DNA from: Balanoglossus misakiensis
Lineage: Eukaryota; Animalia; Hemichordata
Assembly: GCA_040954595.2 (NCBI GenBank)
Contig: CM082578.2
Location: 10,795,166-10,859,165, forward strand
Reading direction: 5' to 3'
DNA: 64,000 bases
This document shows, one piece after another, positions 9,881 through 24,800 of this stretch; position 1 is the stretch's first letter; each line of letters opens with the position of its first letter. The translations under genes were made by a program, and so were the position numbers. Under the pieces are notes generated by a model. It had not been told where the DNA came from. It was given only the letters and a program-made list of their open reading frames with translations, and ran no database searches.

Positions 9881-12800
9881 AGCTCATGAAAATCATCAAA
9901 AAATGACAATTTTTCGACTTTGCGGAATTTCAAAATTTGGCCGATTTTTGAAAAAATCATGGGTTATAGCTCATGAAAATCGTCCAGAAATGACAATTTT
10001 TCGACTTTGCGGAATTTCAAAATTTGGCCGATTTTTGAAAAAATCATGGGTTATAGCTCATGAAAATCGTCCAGAAATGACAATTTTTCGACTTTGCGGA
10101 ATTTCAAAATTTGGCCGATTTATGAAAAAATCATGGGTTATAGCTCATGAAAATCGTCCAAAAATGACAATTTTTCGACTTTGCGGAATTTCAAAATTTG
10201 GCCGATTTTTGAAAAAATCATGGGTTATAGCTCATGAAAATCGTCCAGAAATGACAATTTTTCGACTTTGCGGAATTTCAAAATTTGGCCGATTTTTAAA
10301 AAAATCATGGGTTATAGCTCATGAAAATCGTCCAGAAATGACAATTTTTCGACTTTGCGGAATTTCAAAATTTGGCCGATTTTTGAAAAAATCATGGGTT
10401 ATAGCTCATGAAAATCGTCCAGAAATGACAATTTTTCGACTTTGCGGAATTTCAAAATTTGGCCGATTTATGAAAAAATCATGGGTTATAGCTCATGAAA
10501 ATCGTCCAAAAATGACAATTTTTCGACTTTGCGGAATTTCAAAATTTGGCCCATTTTTGAAAAAATCATGGGTTATAGCTCATGAAAATCGTCCAGAAAT
10601 GACAATTTTTCGACTTTGCGGAATTTCAAAATTTGGCCGATTTTTGAAAAAATCATGGGTTATAGCTCATGAAAATCGTCCAGAAATGACAATTTTTCGA
10701 CTTTGCGGAATTTCAAAATTTGGCCGATTTTTGAAAAAATCATGGGTTATAGCTCATGAAAATCGTCCAGAAATGACAATTTTTCGACTTTGCGGAATTT
10801 CAAAATTTGGCCGATTTATGAAAAAATCATGAAAATCGTCCAGAAATGACAATTTTTCGACTTTGCGGAATTTCAAAATTTGGCCGATTTTTGAAAAAAT
10901 CATGGGTTATAGCTCATGAAAATCGTCCAAAAATGACAATTTTTCGACTTTGCGGAATTTCAAAATTTGGCCGATTTTTGAAAAAATCATGGGTTATAGC
11001 TCATGAAAATCGTCCAGAAATGACAATTTTTCGACTTTGCGGAATTTCAAAATTTGGCCGATTTTTGAAAAAATCATGGGTTATAGCTCATGAAAATCGT
11101 CCAGAAATGACAATTTTTCGACTTTGCGGAATTTCAAAATTTGGCCGATTTATGAAAAAATCATGGGTTATAGCTCATGAAAATCGTCCAGAAATGACAA
11201 TTTTTCGACTTTGCGGAATTTCAAAATTTGGCCGATTTTTGAAAAAATCATGGGTTATAGCTCATGAAAATCGTCCAAAAATGACAATTTTTCGACTTTG
11301 CGGAATTTCAAAATTTGGCCGATTTTTGAAAAAATCATGGGTTATAGCTCATGAAAATCGTCCAGAAATGACAATTTTTCGACTTTGCGGAATTTCAAAA
11401 TTTGGCCGATTTTTGAAAAAATCATGGGTTATAGCTCATGAAAATCGTCCAGAAATGACAATTTTTCGACTTTGCGGAATTTCAAAATTTGGCCGATTTT
11501 TGAAAAAATCATGGGTTATAGCTCATGAAAATCGTCCAGAAATGACAATTTTTCGACTGTGCGGAATTTCAAAATTTGGCCGATTTTTGAAAAAATCATG
11601 GGTTATAGCTCATGAAAATCGTCCAGAAATGACAATTTTTCGACTTTGCGGAATTTCAAAATTTGGTCGATTTTTGAAAAAATCATGGGTTATAGCTCAT
11701 GAAAATCGTCCAGAAATGACAATTTTTCGACTGTGCGGAATTTCAAAATTTGGCCGATTTTTGAAAAAATCATGGGTTATAGCTCATGAAAATCGTCCAA
11801 AAATGACAATTTTTCGACTTTGCGGAATTTCAAAATTTGGCCGATTTTTGAAAAAATCATGGGTTATAGCTCATGAAAATCGTCCAAAAATGACAATTTT
11901 TCGACTTTGCGGAATTTCAAAATTTGGCCGATTTTTGAAAAAATCATGGGTTATAGCTCATGAAAATCGTCCAGAAATGACAATTTTTCGACTTTGCGGA
12001 ATTTCAAAATTTGGCCGATTTTTGAAAAAATCATGGGTTATAGCTCATGAAAATCGTCCAGAAATGACAATTTTTCGACTTTGCGGAATTTCAAAATTTG
12101 GCCGATTTTTGAAAAAATCATGGGTTATAGCTCATGAAAATCGTCCAAAAATGACAATTTTTCGACTTTGCGGAATTTCAAAATTTGGCCGATTTTTGAA
12201 AAAATCATGGGTTATAGCTCATGAAAATCGTCCAAAAATGACAATTTTTCGACTTTGCGGAATTTCAAAATTTGGCCGATTTTTGAAAAAATCATGGGTT
12301 ATAGCTCATGAAAATCGTCCAGAAATGACAATTTTTCGACTTTGCGGAATTTCAAAATTTGGCCGATTTTTGAAAAAATCATGGGTTATAGCTCATGAAA
12401 ATCGTCCAAAAATGACAATTTTTCGACTTTGCGGAATTTCAAAATTTGGCCGATTTTTGAAAAAATCATGGGTTATAGCTCATGAAAATCGTCCAGAAAT
12501 GACAATTTTTCGACTTTGCGGAATTTCAAAATTTGGCCGATTTTTGAAAAAATCATGGGTTATAGCTCATGAAAATCGTCAAAAATTGACAATTTTTCGA
12601 CTTTGCGGAATTTCAAAATTTGGCCGATTTTTGAAAAAATCATGGGTTATAGCTCATGAAAATCGTCAAAAATTGACAATTTTTCGACTTTGCGGAATTT
12701 CAAAATTTGGCCGATTTTTGAAAAAATCATGGGTTATAGCTCATGAAAATCGTCCAGAAATGACAATTTTACGACTTTGCGGAATTTCAAAATTTGGCCA

Positions 12801-15800
12801 ATTTTTGAAAAAATCATGGGTTATAGCTCATGAAAATCGTCAAAAATTGACAATTTTTCGACTTTGCGGAATTTCAAAATTTGGCCGATTTATGAAAAAA
12901 TCATGGGTTATAGCTCATGAAAATCGTCCAGAAATGACAATTTTTCGACTTTGCGGAATTTCAAAATTTGGCCGATTTTTGAAAAAATCATGGGTTATAG
13001 CTCATGAAAATCGTCCAGAAATGACAATTTTTCGAGTTTGCGGAATTTCAAAATTTGGCCGATTTTTAAAAAAAATCATGGGTTATAGCTCATGAAAATC
13101 GTCCAGATTTGCGGAATTTCAAAATTTGGCCGATTTTTGAAAAAATCATGGGTTATAGCTCATGAAAATCGTCCAGAAATGACAATTTTTCGACTTTGCG
13201 GAATTTCAAAATTTGGCCGATTTTTGAAAAAATCATGGGTTATGGCTCATGAAAATCGTCAAAAATTGACAATTTTTCGACTTTGCTGAATTTCAAAATT
13301 TGGCCGATTTTTGAAAAAATCATGGGTTATAGCTCATGAAAATCGTCAAAAATTGACAATTTTTCGACTTTGCGGAATTTCAAAATTTGGCCGATTTTTG
13401 AAAAAATCATGGGTTATAGCTCATGAAAATCGTCCAGAAATGACAATTTTACGACTTTGCGGAATTTCAAAATTTGGCCGATTTTTGAAAAAATCATGGG
13501 TTATAGCTCATGAAAATCGTCAAAAATTGACAATTTTTCGACTTTGCGGAATTTCAAAATTTGGCCGATTTTTGAAAAAATCATGGGTTATAGCTCATGA
13601 AAATCGTCCAAAAATGACAATTTTTCGACTTTGCGGAATTTCAAAATTTGGCCGATTTTTGAAAAAATCATGGGTTATAGCTCATGAAAATCGTCCAGAA
13701 ATGACAATTTTTCGACTTTGCGGAATTTCAAAATTTGGCCGATTTTTGAAAAAATCATGGGTTATAGCTCATGAAAATCGTCCAGAAATGACAATTTTTC
13801 GACTTTGCGGAATTTCAAAATTTGGCCGATTTATGAAAAAATCATGGGTTATAGCTCATGAAAATCGTCCAGAAATGACAATTTTTCGACTTTGCGGAAT
13901 TTCAAAATTTGGCCGATTTTTGAAAAAATCATGGGTTATAGCTCATGAAAATCGTCCAAAAATGACAATTTTTCGACTTTGCGGAATTTCAAAATTTGGC
14001 CCATTTTTGAAAAAATCATGGGTTATAGCTCATGAAAATCGTCCAGAAATGACAATTTTTCGACTTTGCGGAATTTCAAAATTTGGCCGATTTTTGAAAA
14101 AATCATGGGTTATAGCTCATGAAAATCGTCCAGAAATGACAATTTTTCGACTTTGCGGAATTTCAAAATTTGGCCGATTTTTGAAAAAATCATGGGTTAT
14201 AGCTCATGAAAATCGTCCAGAAATGACAATTTTTCGACTTTGCGGAATTTCAAAATTTGGCCGATTTATGAAAAAATCATGGGTTATAGCTCATGAAAAT
14301 CGTCCAGAAATGACAATTTTTCGACTTTGCGGAATTTCAAAATTTGGCCGATTTTTGAAAAAATCATGGGTTATAGCTCATGAAAATCGTCCAAAAATGA
14401 CAATTTTTCGACTTTGCGGAATTTCAAAATTTGGCCGATTTTTGAAAAAATCATGGGTTATAGCTCATGAAAATCGTCCAGAAATGACAATTTTTCGACT
14501 TTGCGGAATTTCAAAATTTGGCCGATTTTTGAAAAAATCATGGGTTATAGCTCATGAAAATCGTCCAGAAATGACAATTTTTCGACTTTGCGGAATTTCA
14601 AAATTTGGCCGATTTATGAAAAAATCATGGGTTATAGCTCATGAAAATCGTCCAGAAATGACAATTTTTCGACTTTGCGGAATTTCAAAATTTGGCCGAT
14701 TTTTGAAAAAATCATGGGTTATAGCTCATGAAAATCGTCCAAAAATGACAATTTTTCGACTTTGCGGAATTTCAAAATTTGGCCGATTTTTGAAAAAATC
14801 ATGGGTTATAGCTCATGAAAATCGTCCAGAAATGACAATTTTTCGACTTTGCGGAATTTCAAAATTTGGCCGATTTTTGAAAAAATCATGGGTTATAGCT
14901 CATGAAAATCGTCCAGAAATGACAATTTTTCGACTTTGCGGAATTTCAAAATTTGGCCGATTTTTGAAAAAATCATGGGTTATAGCTCATGAAAATCGTC
15001 CAGAAATGACAATTTTTCGACTGTGCGGAATTTCAAAATTTGGCCGATTTTTGAAAAAATCATGGGTTATAGCTCATGAAAATCGTCCAGAAATGACAAT
15101 TTTTCGACTTTGCGGAATTTCAAAATTTGGTCGATTTTTGAAAAAATCATGGGTTATAGCTCATGAAAATCGTCCAGAAATGACAATTTTTCGACTGTGC
15201 GGAATTTCAAAATTTGGCCGATTTTTGAAAAAATCATGGGTTATAGCTCATGAAAATCGTCCAAAAATGACAATTTTTCGACTTTGCGGAATTTCAAAAT
15301 TTGGCCGATTTTTGAAAAAATCATGGGTTATAGCTCATGAAAATCGTCCAAAAATGACAATTTTTCGACTTTGCGGAATTTCAAAATTTGGCCGATTTTT
15401 GAAAAAATCATGGGTTATAGCTCATGAAAATCGTCCAGAAATGACAATTTTTCGACTTTGCGGAATTTCAAAATTTGGCCGATTTTTGAAAAAATCATGG
15501 GTTATAGCTCATGAAAATCGTCCAGAAATGACAATTTTTCGACTTTGCGGAATTTCAAAATTTGGCCGATTTTTGAAAAAATCATGGGTTATAGCTCATG
15601 AAAATCGTCCAAAAATGACAATTTTTCGACTTTGCGGAATTTCAAAATTTGGCCGATTTTTGAAAAAATCATGGGTTATAGCTCATGAAAATCGTCCAAA
15701 AATGACAATTTTTCGACTTTGCGGAATTTCAAAATTTGGCCCATTTTTTAAAAAATCATGGGTTATAGCTCATGAAAATCGTCCAGAAATGACAATTTTT

Positions 15801-18800
15801 CGACTTTGCGGAATTTCAAAATTTGGCCGATTTTTGAAAAAATCATGGGTTATAGCTCATGAAAATCGTCCAAAAATGACAATTTTTCGACTTTGCGGAA
15901 TTTCAAAATTTGGCCGATTTTTGAAAAAATCATGGGTTATAGCTCATGAAAATCGTCCAGAAATGACAATTTTTCGACTTTGCGGAATTTCAAAATTTGG
16001 CCGATTTTTGAAAAAATCATGGGTTATAGCTCATGAAAATCGTCAAAAATTGACAATTTTTCGACTTTGCGGAATTTCAAAATTTGGCCGATTTTTGAAA
16101 AAATCATGGGTTATAGCTCATGAAAATCGTCAAAAATTGACAATTTTTCGACTTTGCGGAATTTCAAAATTTGGCCGATTTTTGAAAAAATCATGGGTTA
16201 TAGCTCATGAAAATCGTCCAGAAATGACAATTTTACGACTTTGCGGAATTTCAAAATTTGGCCAATTTTTGAAAAAATCATGGGTTATAGCTCATGAAAA
16301 TCGTCAAAAATTGACAATTTTTCGACTTTGCGGAATTTCAAAATTTGGCCGATTTATGAAAAAATCATGGGTTATAGCTCATGAAAATCGTCCAGAAATG
16401 ACAATTTTTCGACTTTGCGGAATTTCAAAATTTGGCCGATTTTTGAAAAAATCATGGGTTATAGCTCATGAAAATCGTCCAGAAATGACAATTTTTCGAG
16501 TTTGCGGAATTTCAAAATTTGGCCGATTTTTGAAAAAATCATGGGTTATAGCTCATGAAAATCGTCCAGATTTGCGGAATTTCAAAATTTGGCCGATTTT
16601 TGAAAAAATCATGGGTTATAGCTCATGAAAATCGTCCAGAAATGACAATTTTTCGACTTTGCGGAATTTCAAAATTTGGCCGATTTTTGAAAAAATCATG
16701 GGTTATGGCTCATGAAAATCGTCAAAAATTGACAATTTTTCGACTTTGCTGAATTTCAAAATTTGGCCGATTTTTGAAAAAATCATGGGTTATAGCTCAT
16801 GAAAATCGTCAAAAATTGACAATTTTTCGACTTTGCGGAATTTCAAAATTTGGCCGATTTTTGAAAAAATCATGGGTTATAGCTCATGAAAATCGTCCAG
16901 AAATGACAATTTTACGACTTTGCGGAATTTCAAAATTTGGCCGATTTTTGAAAAAATCATGGGTTATAGCTCATGAAAATCGTCCAAAAATGACAATTTT
17001 TCGACTTTGCGGAATTTCAAAATTTGGCCCATTTTTGAAAAAATCATGGGTTATAGCTCATGAAAATCGTCCAGAAATGACAATTTTTCGACTTTGCGGA
17101 ATTTCAAAATTTGGCCGATTTTTGAAAAAATCATGGGTTATAGCTCATGAAAATCGTCCAGAAATGACAATTTTTCGACTTTGCGGAATTTCAAAATTTG
17201 GCCGATTTTTGAAAAAATCATGGGTTATAGCTCATGAAAATCGTCCAGAAATGACAATTTTTCGACTTTGCGGAATTTCAAAATTTGGCCGATTTATGAA
17301 AAAATCATGGGTTATAGCTCATGAAAATCGTCCAGAAATGACAATTTTTCGACTTTGCGGAATTTCAAAATTTGGCCGATTTTTGAAAAAATCATGGGTT
17401 ATAGCTCATGAAAATCGTCCAAAAATGACAATTTTTCGACTTTGCGGAATTTCAAAATTTGGCCGATTTTTGAAAAAATCATGGGTTATAGCTCATGAAA
17501 ATCGTCCAGAAATGACAATTTTTCGACTTTGCGGAATTTCAAAATTTGGCCGATTTTTGAAAAAATCATGGGTTATAGCTCATGAAAATCGTCCAGAAAT
17601 GACAATTTTTCGACTTTGCGGAATTTCAAAATTTGGCCGATTTATGAAAAAATCATGGGTTATAGCTCATGAAAATCGTCCAGAAATGACAATTTTTCGA
17701 CTTTGCGGAATTTCAAAATTTGGCCGATTTTTGAAAAAATCATGGGTTATAGCTCATGAAAATCGTCCAAAAATGACAATTTTTCGACTTTGCGGAATTT
17801 CAAAATTTGGCCGATTTTTGAAAAAATCATGGGTTATAGCTCATGAAAATCGTCCAGAAATGACAATTTTTCGACTTTGCGGAATTTCAAAATTTGGCCG
17901 ATTTTTGAAAAAATCATGGGTTATAGCTCATGAAAATCGTCCAGAAATGACAATTTTTCGACTTTGCGGAATTTCAAAATTTGGCCGATTTTTGAAAAAA
18001 TCATGGGTTATAGCTCATGAAAATCGTCCAGAAATGACAATTTTTCGACTGTGCGGAATTTCAAAATTTGGCCGATTTTTGAAAAAATCATGGGTTATAG
18101 CTCATGAAAATCGTCCAGAAATGACAATTTTTCGACTTTGCGGAATTTCAAAATTTGGTCGATTTTTGAAAAAATCATGGGTTATAGCTCATGAAAATCG
18201 TCCAGAAATGACAATTTTTCGACTGTGCGGAATTTCAAAATTTGGCCGATTTTTGAAAAAATCATGGGTTATAGCTCATGAAAATCGTCCAGAAATGACA
18301 ATTTTTCGACTTTGCGGAATTTCAAAATTTGGCCGATTTTTGAAAAAATCATGGGTTATAGCTCATGAAAATCGTCCAAAAATGACAATTTTTCGACTTT
18401 GCGGAATTTCAAAATTTGGCCGATTTTTGAAAAAATCATGGGTTATAGCTCATGAAAATCGTCCAGAAATGACAATTTTTCGACTTTGCGGAATTTCAAA
18501 ATTTGGCCGATTTTTGAAAAAATCATGGGTTATAGCTCATGAAAATCGTCCAGAAATGACAATTTTTCGACTTTGCGGAATTTCAAAATTTGGCCGATTT
18601 TTGAAAAAATCATGGGTTATAGCTCATGAAAATCGTCCAAAAATGACAATTTTTCGACTTTGCGGAATTTCAAAATTTGGCCGATTTTTGAAAAAATCAT
18701 GGGTTATAGCTCATGAAAATCGTCCAAAAATGACAATTTTTCGACTTTGCGGAATTTCAAAATTTGGCCGATTTTTGAAAAAATCATGGGTTATAGCTCA

Positions 18801-21800
18801 TGAAAATCGTCCAGAAATGACAATTTTTCGACTTTGCGGAATTTCAAAATTTGGCCGATTTTTGAAAAAATCATGGGTTATAGCTCATGAAAATCGTCCA
18901 AAAATGACAATTTTTCGACTTTGCGGAATTTCAAAATTTGGCCGATTTTTGAAAAAATCATGGGTTATAGCTCATGAAAATCGTCCAGAAATGACAATTT
19001 TTCGACTTTGCGGAATTTCAAAATTTGGCCGATTTTTGAAAAAATCATGGGTTATAGCTCATGAAAATCGTCAAAAATTGACAATTTTTCGACTTTGCGG
19101 AATTTCAAAATTTGGCCGATTTTTGAAAAAATCATGGGTTATAGCTCATGAAAATCGTCAAAAATTGACAATTTTTCGACTTTGCGGAATTTCAAAATTT
19201 GGCCGATTTTTGAAAAAATCATGGGTTATAGCTCATGAAAATCGTCCAGAAATGACAATTTTACGACTTTGCGGAATTTCAAAATTTGGCCAATTTTTGA
19301 AAAAATCATGGGTTATAGCTCATGAAAATCGTCAAAAATTGACAATTTTTCGACTTTGCGGAATTTCAAAATTTGGCCGATTTATGAAAAAATCATGGGT
19401 TATAGCTCATGAAAATCGTCCAGAAATGACAATTTTTCGACTTTGCGGAATTTCAAAATTTGGCCGATTTTTGAAAAAATCATGGGTTATAGCTCATGAA
19501 AATCGTCCAGAAATGACAATTTTTCGAGTTTGCGGAATTTCAAAATTTGGCCGATTTTTGAAAAAATCATGGGTTATAGCTCATGAAAATCGTCCAGATT
19601 TGCGGAATTTCAAAATTTGGCCGATTTTTGAAAAAATCATGGGTTATAGCTCATGAAAATCGTCCAGAAATGACAATTTTTCGACTTTGCGGAATTTCAA
19701 AATTTGGCCGATTTTTGAAAAAATCATGGGTTATGGCTCATGAAAATCGTCAAAAATTGACAATTTTTCGACTTTGCTGAATTTCAAAATTTGGCCGATT
19801 TTTGAAAAAATCATGGGTTATAGCTCATGAAAATCGTCAAAAATTGACAATTTTTCGACTTTGCGGAATTTCAAAATTTGGCCGATTTTTGAAAAAATCA
19901 TGGGTTATAGCTCATGAAAATCGTCCAGAAATGACAATTTTACGACTTTGCGGAATTTCAAAATTTGGCCGATTTTTGAAAAAATCATGGGTTATAGCTC
20001 ATGAAAATCGTCAAAAATTGACAATTTTTCGACTTTGCGGAATTTCAAAATTTGGCCGATTTTTGAAAAAATCATGGGTAATAGCTCATGAAAATCGTCC
20101 AGAAATGACAATTTTTCGACTTTGCGGAATTTCAAAATTTGGCCGATTTTTGAAAAAATCATGGGTTATAGCTCATGAAAATCGTCCAGAAATGACAATT
20201 TTTCGACTTTGCGGAATTTCAAAATTTGGCCGATTTTTGAAAAAATCATGGGTTATAGCTCATGAAAATCGTCCAGAAATGACAATTTTTCGACTTTGCG
20301 GAATTTCAAAATTTGGCCGATTTTTGAAAAAAATCATGGGTTATAGCTCATGAAAATCGTCCAGAAATGACAATTTTTCGACTTTGCGGAATTTCAAAAT
20401 TTGGCCGATTTTTGAAAAAATCATGGGTTATAGCTCATGAAAATCGTCCAGAAATGACAATTTTTCGACTTTGCGGAATTTCAAAATTTGGCCGATTTTT
20501 GAAAAAATCATGGGTTATAGCTCATGAAAATCGTCAAAAATTGACAATTTTTCGACTTTGCGGAATTTCAAAATTTGGCCAATTTTTGAAAAAATCATGG
20601 GTTATAGCTCATGAAAATCGTCAAAAATTGACAATTTTTCGACTTTGCGGAATTTCAAAATTTGGCCGATTTATGAAAAAATCATGGGTTATAGCTCATG
20701 AAAATCGTCCAGAAATGACAATTTTTCGACTTTGCGGAATTTCAAAATTTGGCCGATTTTTGAAAAAATCATGGGTTATAGCTCATGAAAATCGTCCAGA
20801 AATGACAATTTTTCGAGTTTGCGGAATTTCAAAATTTGGCCGATTTTTGAAAAAATCATGGGTTATAGCTCATGAAAATCGTCCAGATTTGCGGAATTTC
20901 AAAATTTGGCCGATTTTTGAAAAAATCATGGGTTATAGCTCATGAAAATCGTCCAGAAATGACAATTTTTCGACTTTGCGGAATTTCAAAATTTGGCCGA
21001 TTTTTGAAAAAATCATGGGTTATGGCTCATGAAAATCGTCAAAAATTGACAATTTTTCGACTTTGCTGAATTTCAAAATTTGGCCGATTTTTGAAAAAAT
21101 CATGGGTTATAGCTCATGAAAATCGTCAAAAATTGACAATTTTTCGACTTTGCGGAATTTCAAAATTTGGCCGATTTTTGAAAAAATCATGGGTTATAGC
21201 TCATGAAAATCGTCCAGAAATGACAATTTTACGACTTTGCGGAATTTCAAAATTTGGCCGATTTTTGAAAAAATCATGGGTTATAGCTCATGAAAATCGT
21301 CAAAAATTGACAATTTTTCGACTTTGCGGAATTTCAAAATTTGGCCGATTTTTGAAAAAATCATGGGTAATAGCTCATGAAAATCGTCCAGAAATGACAA
21401 TTTTTCGACTTTGCGGAATTTCAAAATTTGGCCGATTTTTGAAAAAATCATGGGTTATAGCTCATGAAAATCGTCCAGAAATGACAATTTTTCGACTTTG
21501 CGGAATTTCAAAATTTGGCCGATTTTTGAAAAAATCATGGGTTATAGCTCATGAAAATCGTCCAGAAATGACAATTTTTCGACTTTGCGGAATTTCAAAA
21601 TTTGGCCGATTTTTGAAAAAAATCATGGGTTATAGCTCATGAAAATCGTCCAGAAATGACAATTTTTCGACTTTGCAGAATTTCAAAATTTGGCCGATTT
21701 TTGAAAAAATCATGGGTTATAGCTCATGAAAATCGTCAAGAAATGACAATTTTTCGACTTTGCGGAATTTCAAAATTTGGCCGATTTTTGAAAAAATCAT

Positions 21801-24800
21801 GGGTTATAGCTCATGAAAATCGTCCAGAAATGACAATTTTTCGACTTTGCGGAATTTCAAAATTTGGCCGATTTTTGAAAAAAATCTGGGTTATAGCTCA
21901 TGAAAATCGTCCAGAAATGACAATTTTTCGACTTTGCGGAATTTCAAAATTTGGCCGATTTTTGAAAAAATCATGGGTTATAGCTCATGAAAATCGTCCA
22001 GAAATGACAATTTTTCGACTTTGCGGAATTTCAAAATTTGGCCGATTTTTGAAAAAATCATGGGTTATAGCTCATGAAAATCGTCCAGAAATGACAATTT
22101 TTCGACTTTGCGGAATTTCAAAATTTGGCCGATTTTTGAAAAAATCATGGGTTATAGCTCATGAAAATCGTCCAGAAATGACAATTTTTCGACTTTGCGG
22201 AATTTCAAAATTTGGCCGATTTTTGAAAAAATCATGGGTTATAGCTCATGAAAATCGTCCAGAAATGACAATTTTTCGACTTTGCGGAATTTCAAAATTT
22301 GGCCGATTTTTGAAAAAAATCATGGGTTATAGCTCATGAAAATCGTCCAGAAATGACAATTTTTCGACTTTGCGGAATTTCAAAATTTGGCCGATTTTTG
22401 AAAAAATCATGGGTTATAGCTCATGAAAATCGTCAAGAAATGACAATTTTTCGACTTTGCGGAATTTCAAAATTTGGCCGATTTTTGAAAAAATCATGGG
22501 TTATAGCTCATGAAAATCGTCCAGAAATGACAATTTTTCGACTTTGCGGAATTTCAAAATTTGGCCGATTTTTGAAAAAAATCTGGGTTATAGCTCATGA
22601 AAATCGTCCAGAAATGACAATTTTTCGACTTTGCGGAATTTCAAAATTTGGCCGATTTTTGAAAAAATCATGGGTTATAGCTCATGAAAATCGTCCAGAA
22701 ATGACAATTTTTCGACTTTGCGGAATTTCAAAATTTGGCCGATTTTTGAAAAAATCATGGGTTATAGCTCATGAAAATCGTCCAGAAATGACAATTTTTC
22801 GACTTTGCGGAATTTCAAAATTTGGCCGATTTTTGAAAAAATCATGGGTTATAGCTCATGAAAATCGTCCAGAAATGACAATTTTTCGACTTTGCGGAAT
22901 TTCAAAATTTGGCCGATTTTTGAAAAAATCATGGGTTATAGCTCATGAAAATCGTCCAGAAATGACAATTTTTCGACTTTGCGGAATTTCAAAATTTGGC
23001 CGATTTTTGAAAAAATCATGGGTTATAGCTCATGAAAATCGTCAAAAATTGACAATTTTTCGACTTTGCGGAATTTCAAAATTTGGCCGATTTTTGAAAA
23101 AATCATGGATTATAGCTCATGAAAATCGTCAAAAATTGACAATTTTTCGACTTTGCGGAATTTCAAAATTTGGCCGATTTTTGAAAAAATCATGGGTAAT
23201 AGCTCATGAAAATCGTCCAGAAATGACAATTTTTCGACTTTGCGGAATTTCAAAATTTGGCCGATTTTTGAAAAAATCATGGGTTATAGCTCATGAAAAT
23301 CGTCCAGAAATGACAATTTTTCGACTTTGCGGAATTTCAAAATTTGGCCGATTTTTGAAAAAATCATGGGTTATAGCTCATGAAAATCGTCCAGAAATGA
23401 CAATTTTTCGACTTTGCGGAATTTCAAAATTTGGCCGATTTTTGAAAAAATCATGGGTTATAGCTCATGAAAATCGTCCAGAAATGACAATTTTTCGACT
23501 TTGCGGAATTTCAAAATTTGGCCGATTTTTGAAAAAAATCATGGGTTATAGCTCATGAAAATCGTCCAGAAATGACAATTTTTCGACTTTGCGGAATTTC
23601 AAAATTTGGCCGATTTTTGAAAAAATCATGGGTTATAGCTCATGAAAATCGTCAAAAATTGACAATTTTTCGACTTTGCGGAATTTCAAAATTTGGCCGA
23701 TTTTTGAAAAAATCATGGGTTATAGCTCATGAAAATCGTCCAGAAATGACAATTTTTCGACTTTGCGGAATTTCAAAATTTGGCCGATTTTTGAAAAAAT
23801 CATGGGTTATAGCTCATGAAAATCGTCCAGAAATGACAATTTTTCGACTTTGCGGAATTTCAAAATTTGGCCGATTTTTGAAAAAATCATGGGTTATAGC
23901 TCATGAAAATCGTCCAGAAATGATAATTTTTCGACTTTGCGGAATTTCAAAATTTGGCCGATTTTTGAAAAAATCATGGGTTATAGCTCATGAAAATCGT
24001 CCAGAAATGACAATTTTTCGACTTTGCGGAATTTCAAAATTTGGCCGATTTTTGAAAAAATCATGGGTTATAGCTCATGAAAATCGTCAAAAATTGACAA
24101 TTTTTCGACTTTGCGGAATTTCAAAATTTGGCCGATTTTTGAAAAAATCATGGATTATAGCTCATGAAAATCGTCAAAAATTGACAATTTTTCGACTTCG
24201 CGGAATTTCAAAATTTGGCCGATTTTTGAAAAAATCATGGGTAATAGCTCATGAAAATCGTCCAGAAATGACAATTTTTCGACTTTGCGGAATTTCAAAA
24301 TTTGGCCGATTTTTGAAAAAATCATGGGTTATAGCTCATGAAAATCGTCCAGAAATGACAATTTTTCGACTTTGCGGAATTTCAAAATTTGGCCGATTTT
24401 TGAAAAAAATCATGGGTTATAGCTCATGAAAATCGTCCAGAAATGACAATTTTTCGACTTTGCGGAATTTCAAAATTTGGCCGATTTTTGAAAAAATCAT
24501 GGGTTATAGCTCATGAAAATCGTCAAGAAATGACAATTTTTCGACTTTGCGGAATTTCAAAATTTGGCCGATTTTTGAAAAAATCATGGGTTATAGCTCA
24601 TGAAAATCGTCAAAAATTGACAATTTTTCGACTTTGCGGAATTTCAAAATTTGGCCGATTTTTGAAAAAATCATGGGTAATAGCTCATGAAAATCGTCCA
24701 GAAATGACAATTTTTCGACTTTGCGGAATTTCAAAATTTGGCCGATTTTTGAAAAAATCATGGGTTATAGCTCATGAAAATCGTCCAGAAATGACAATTT

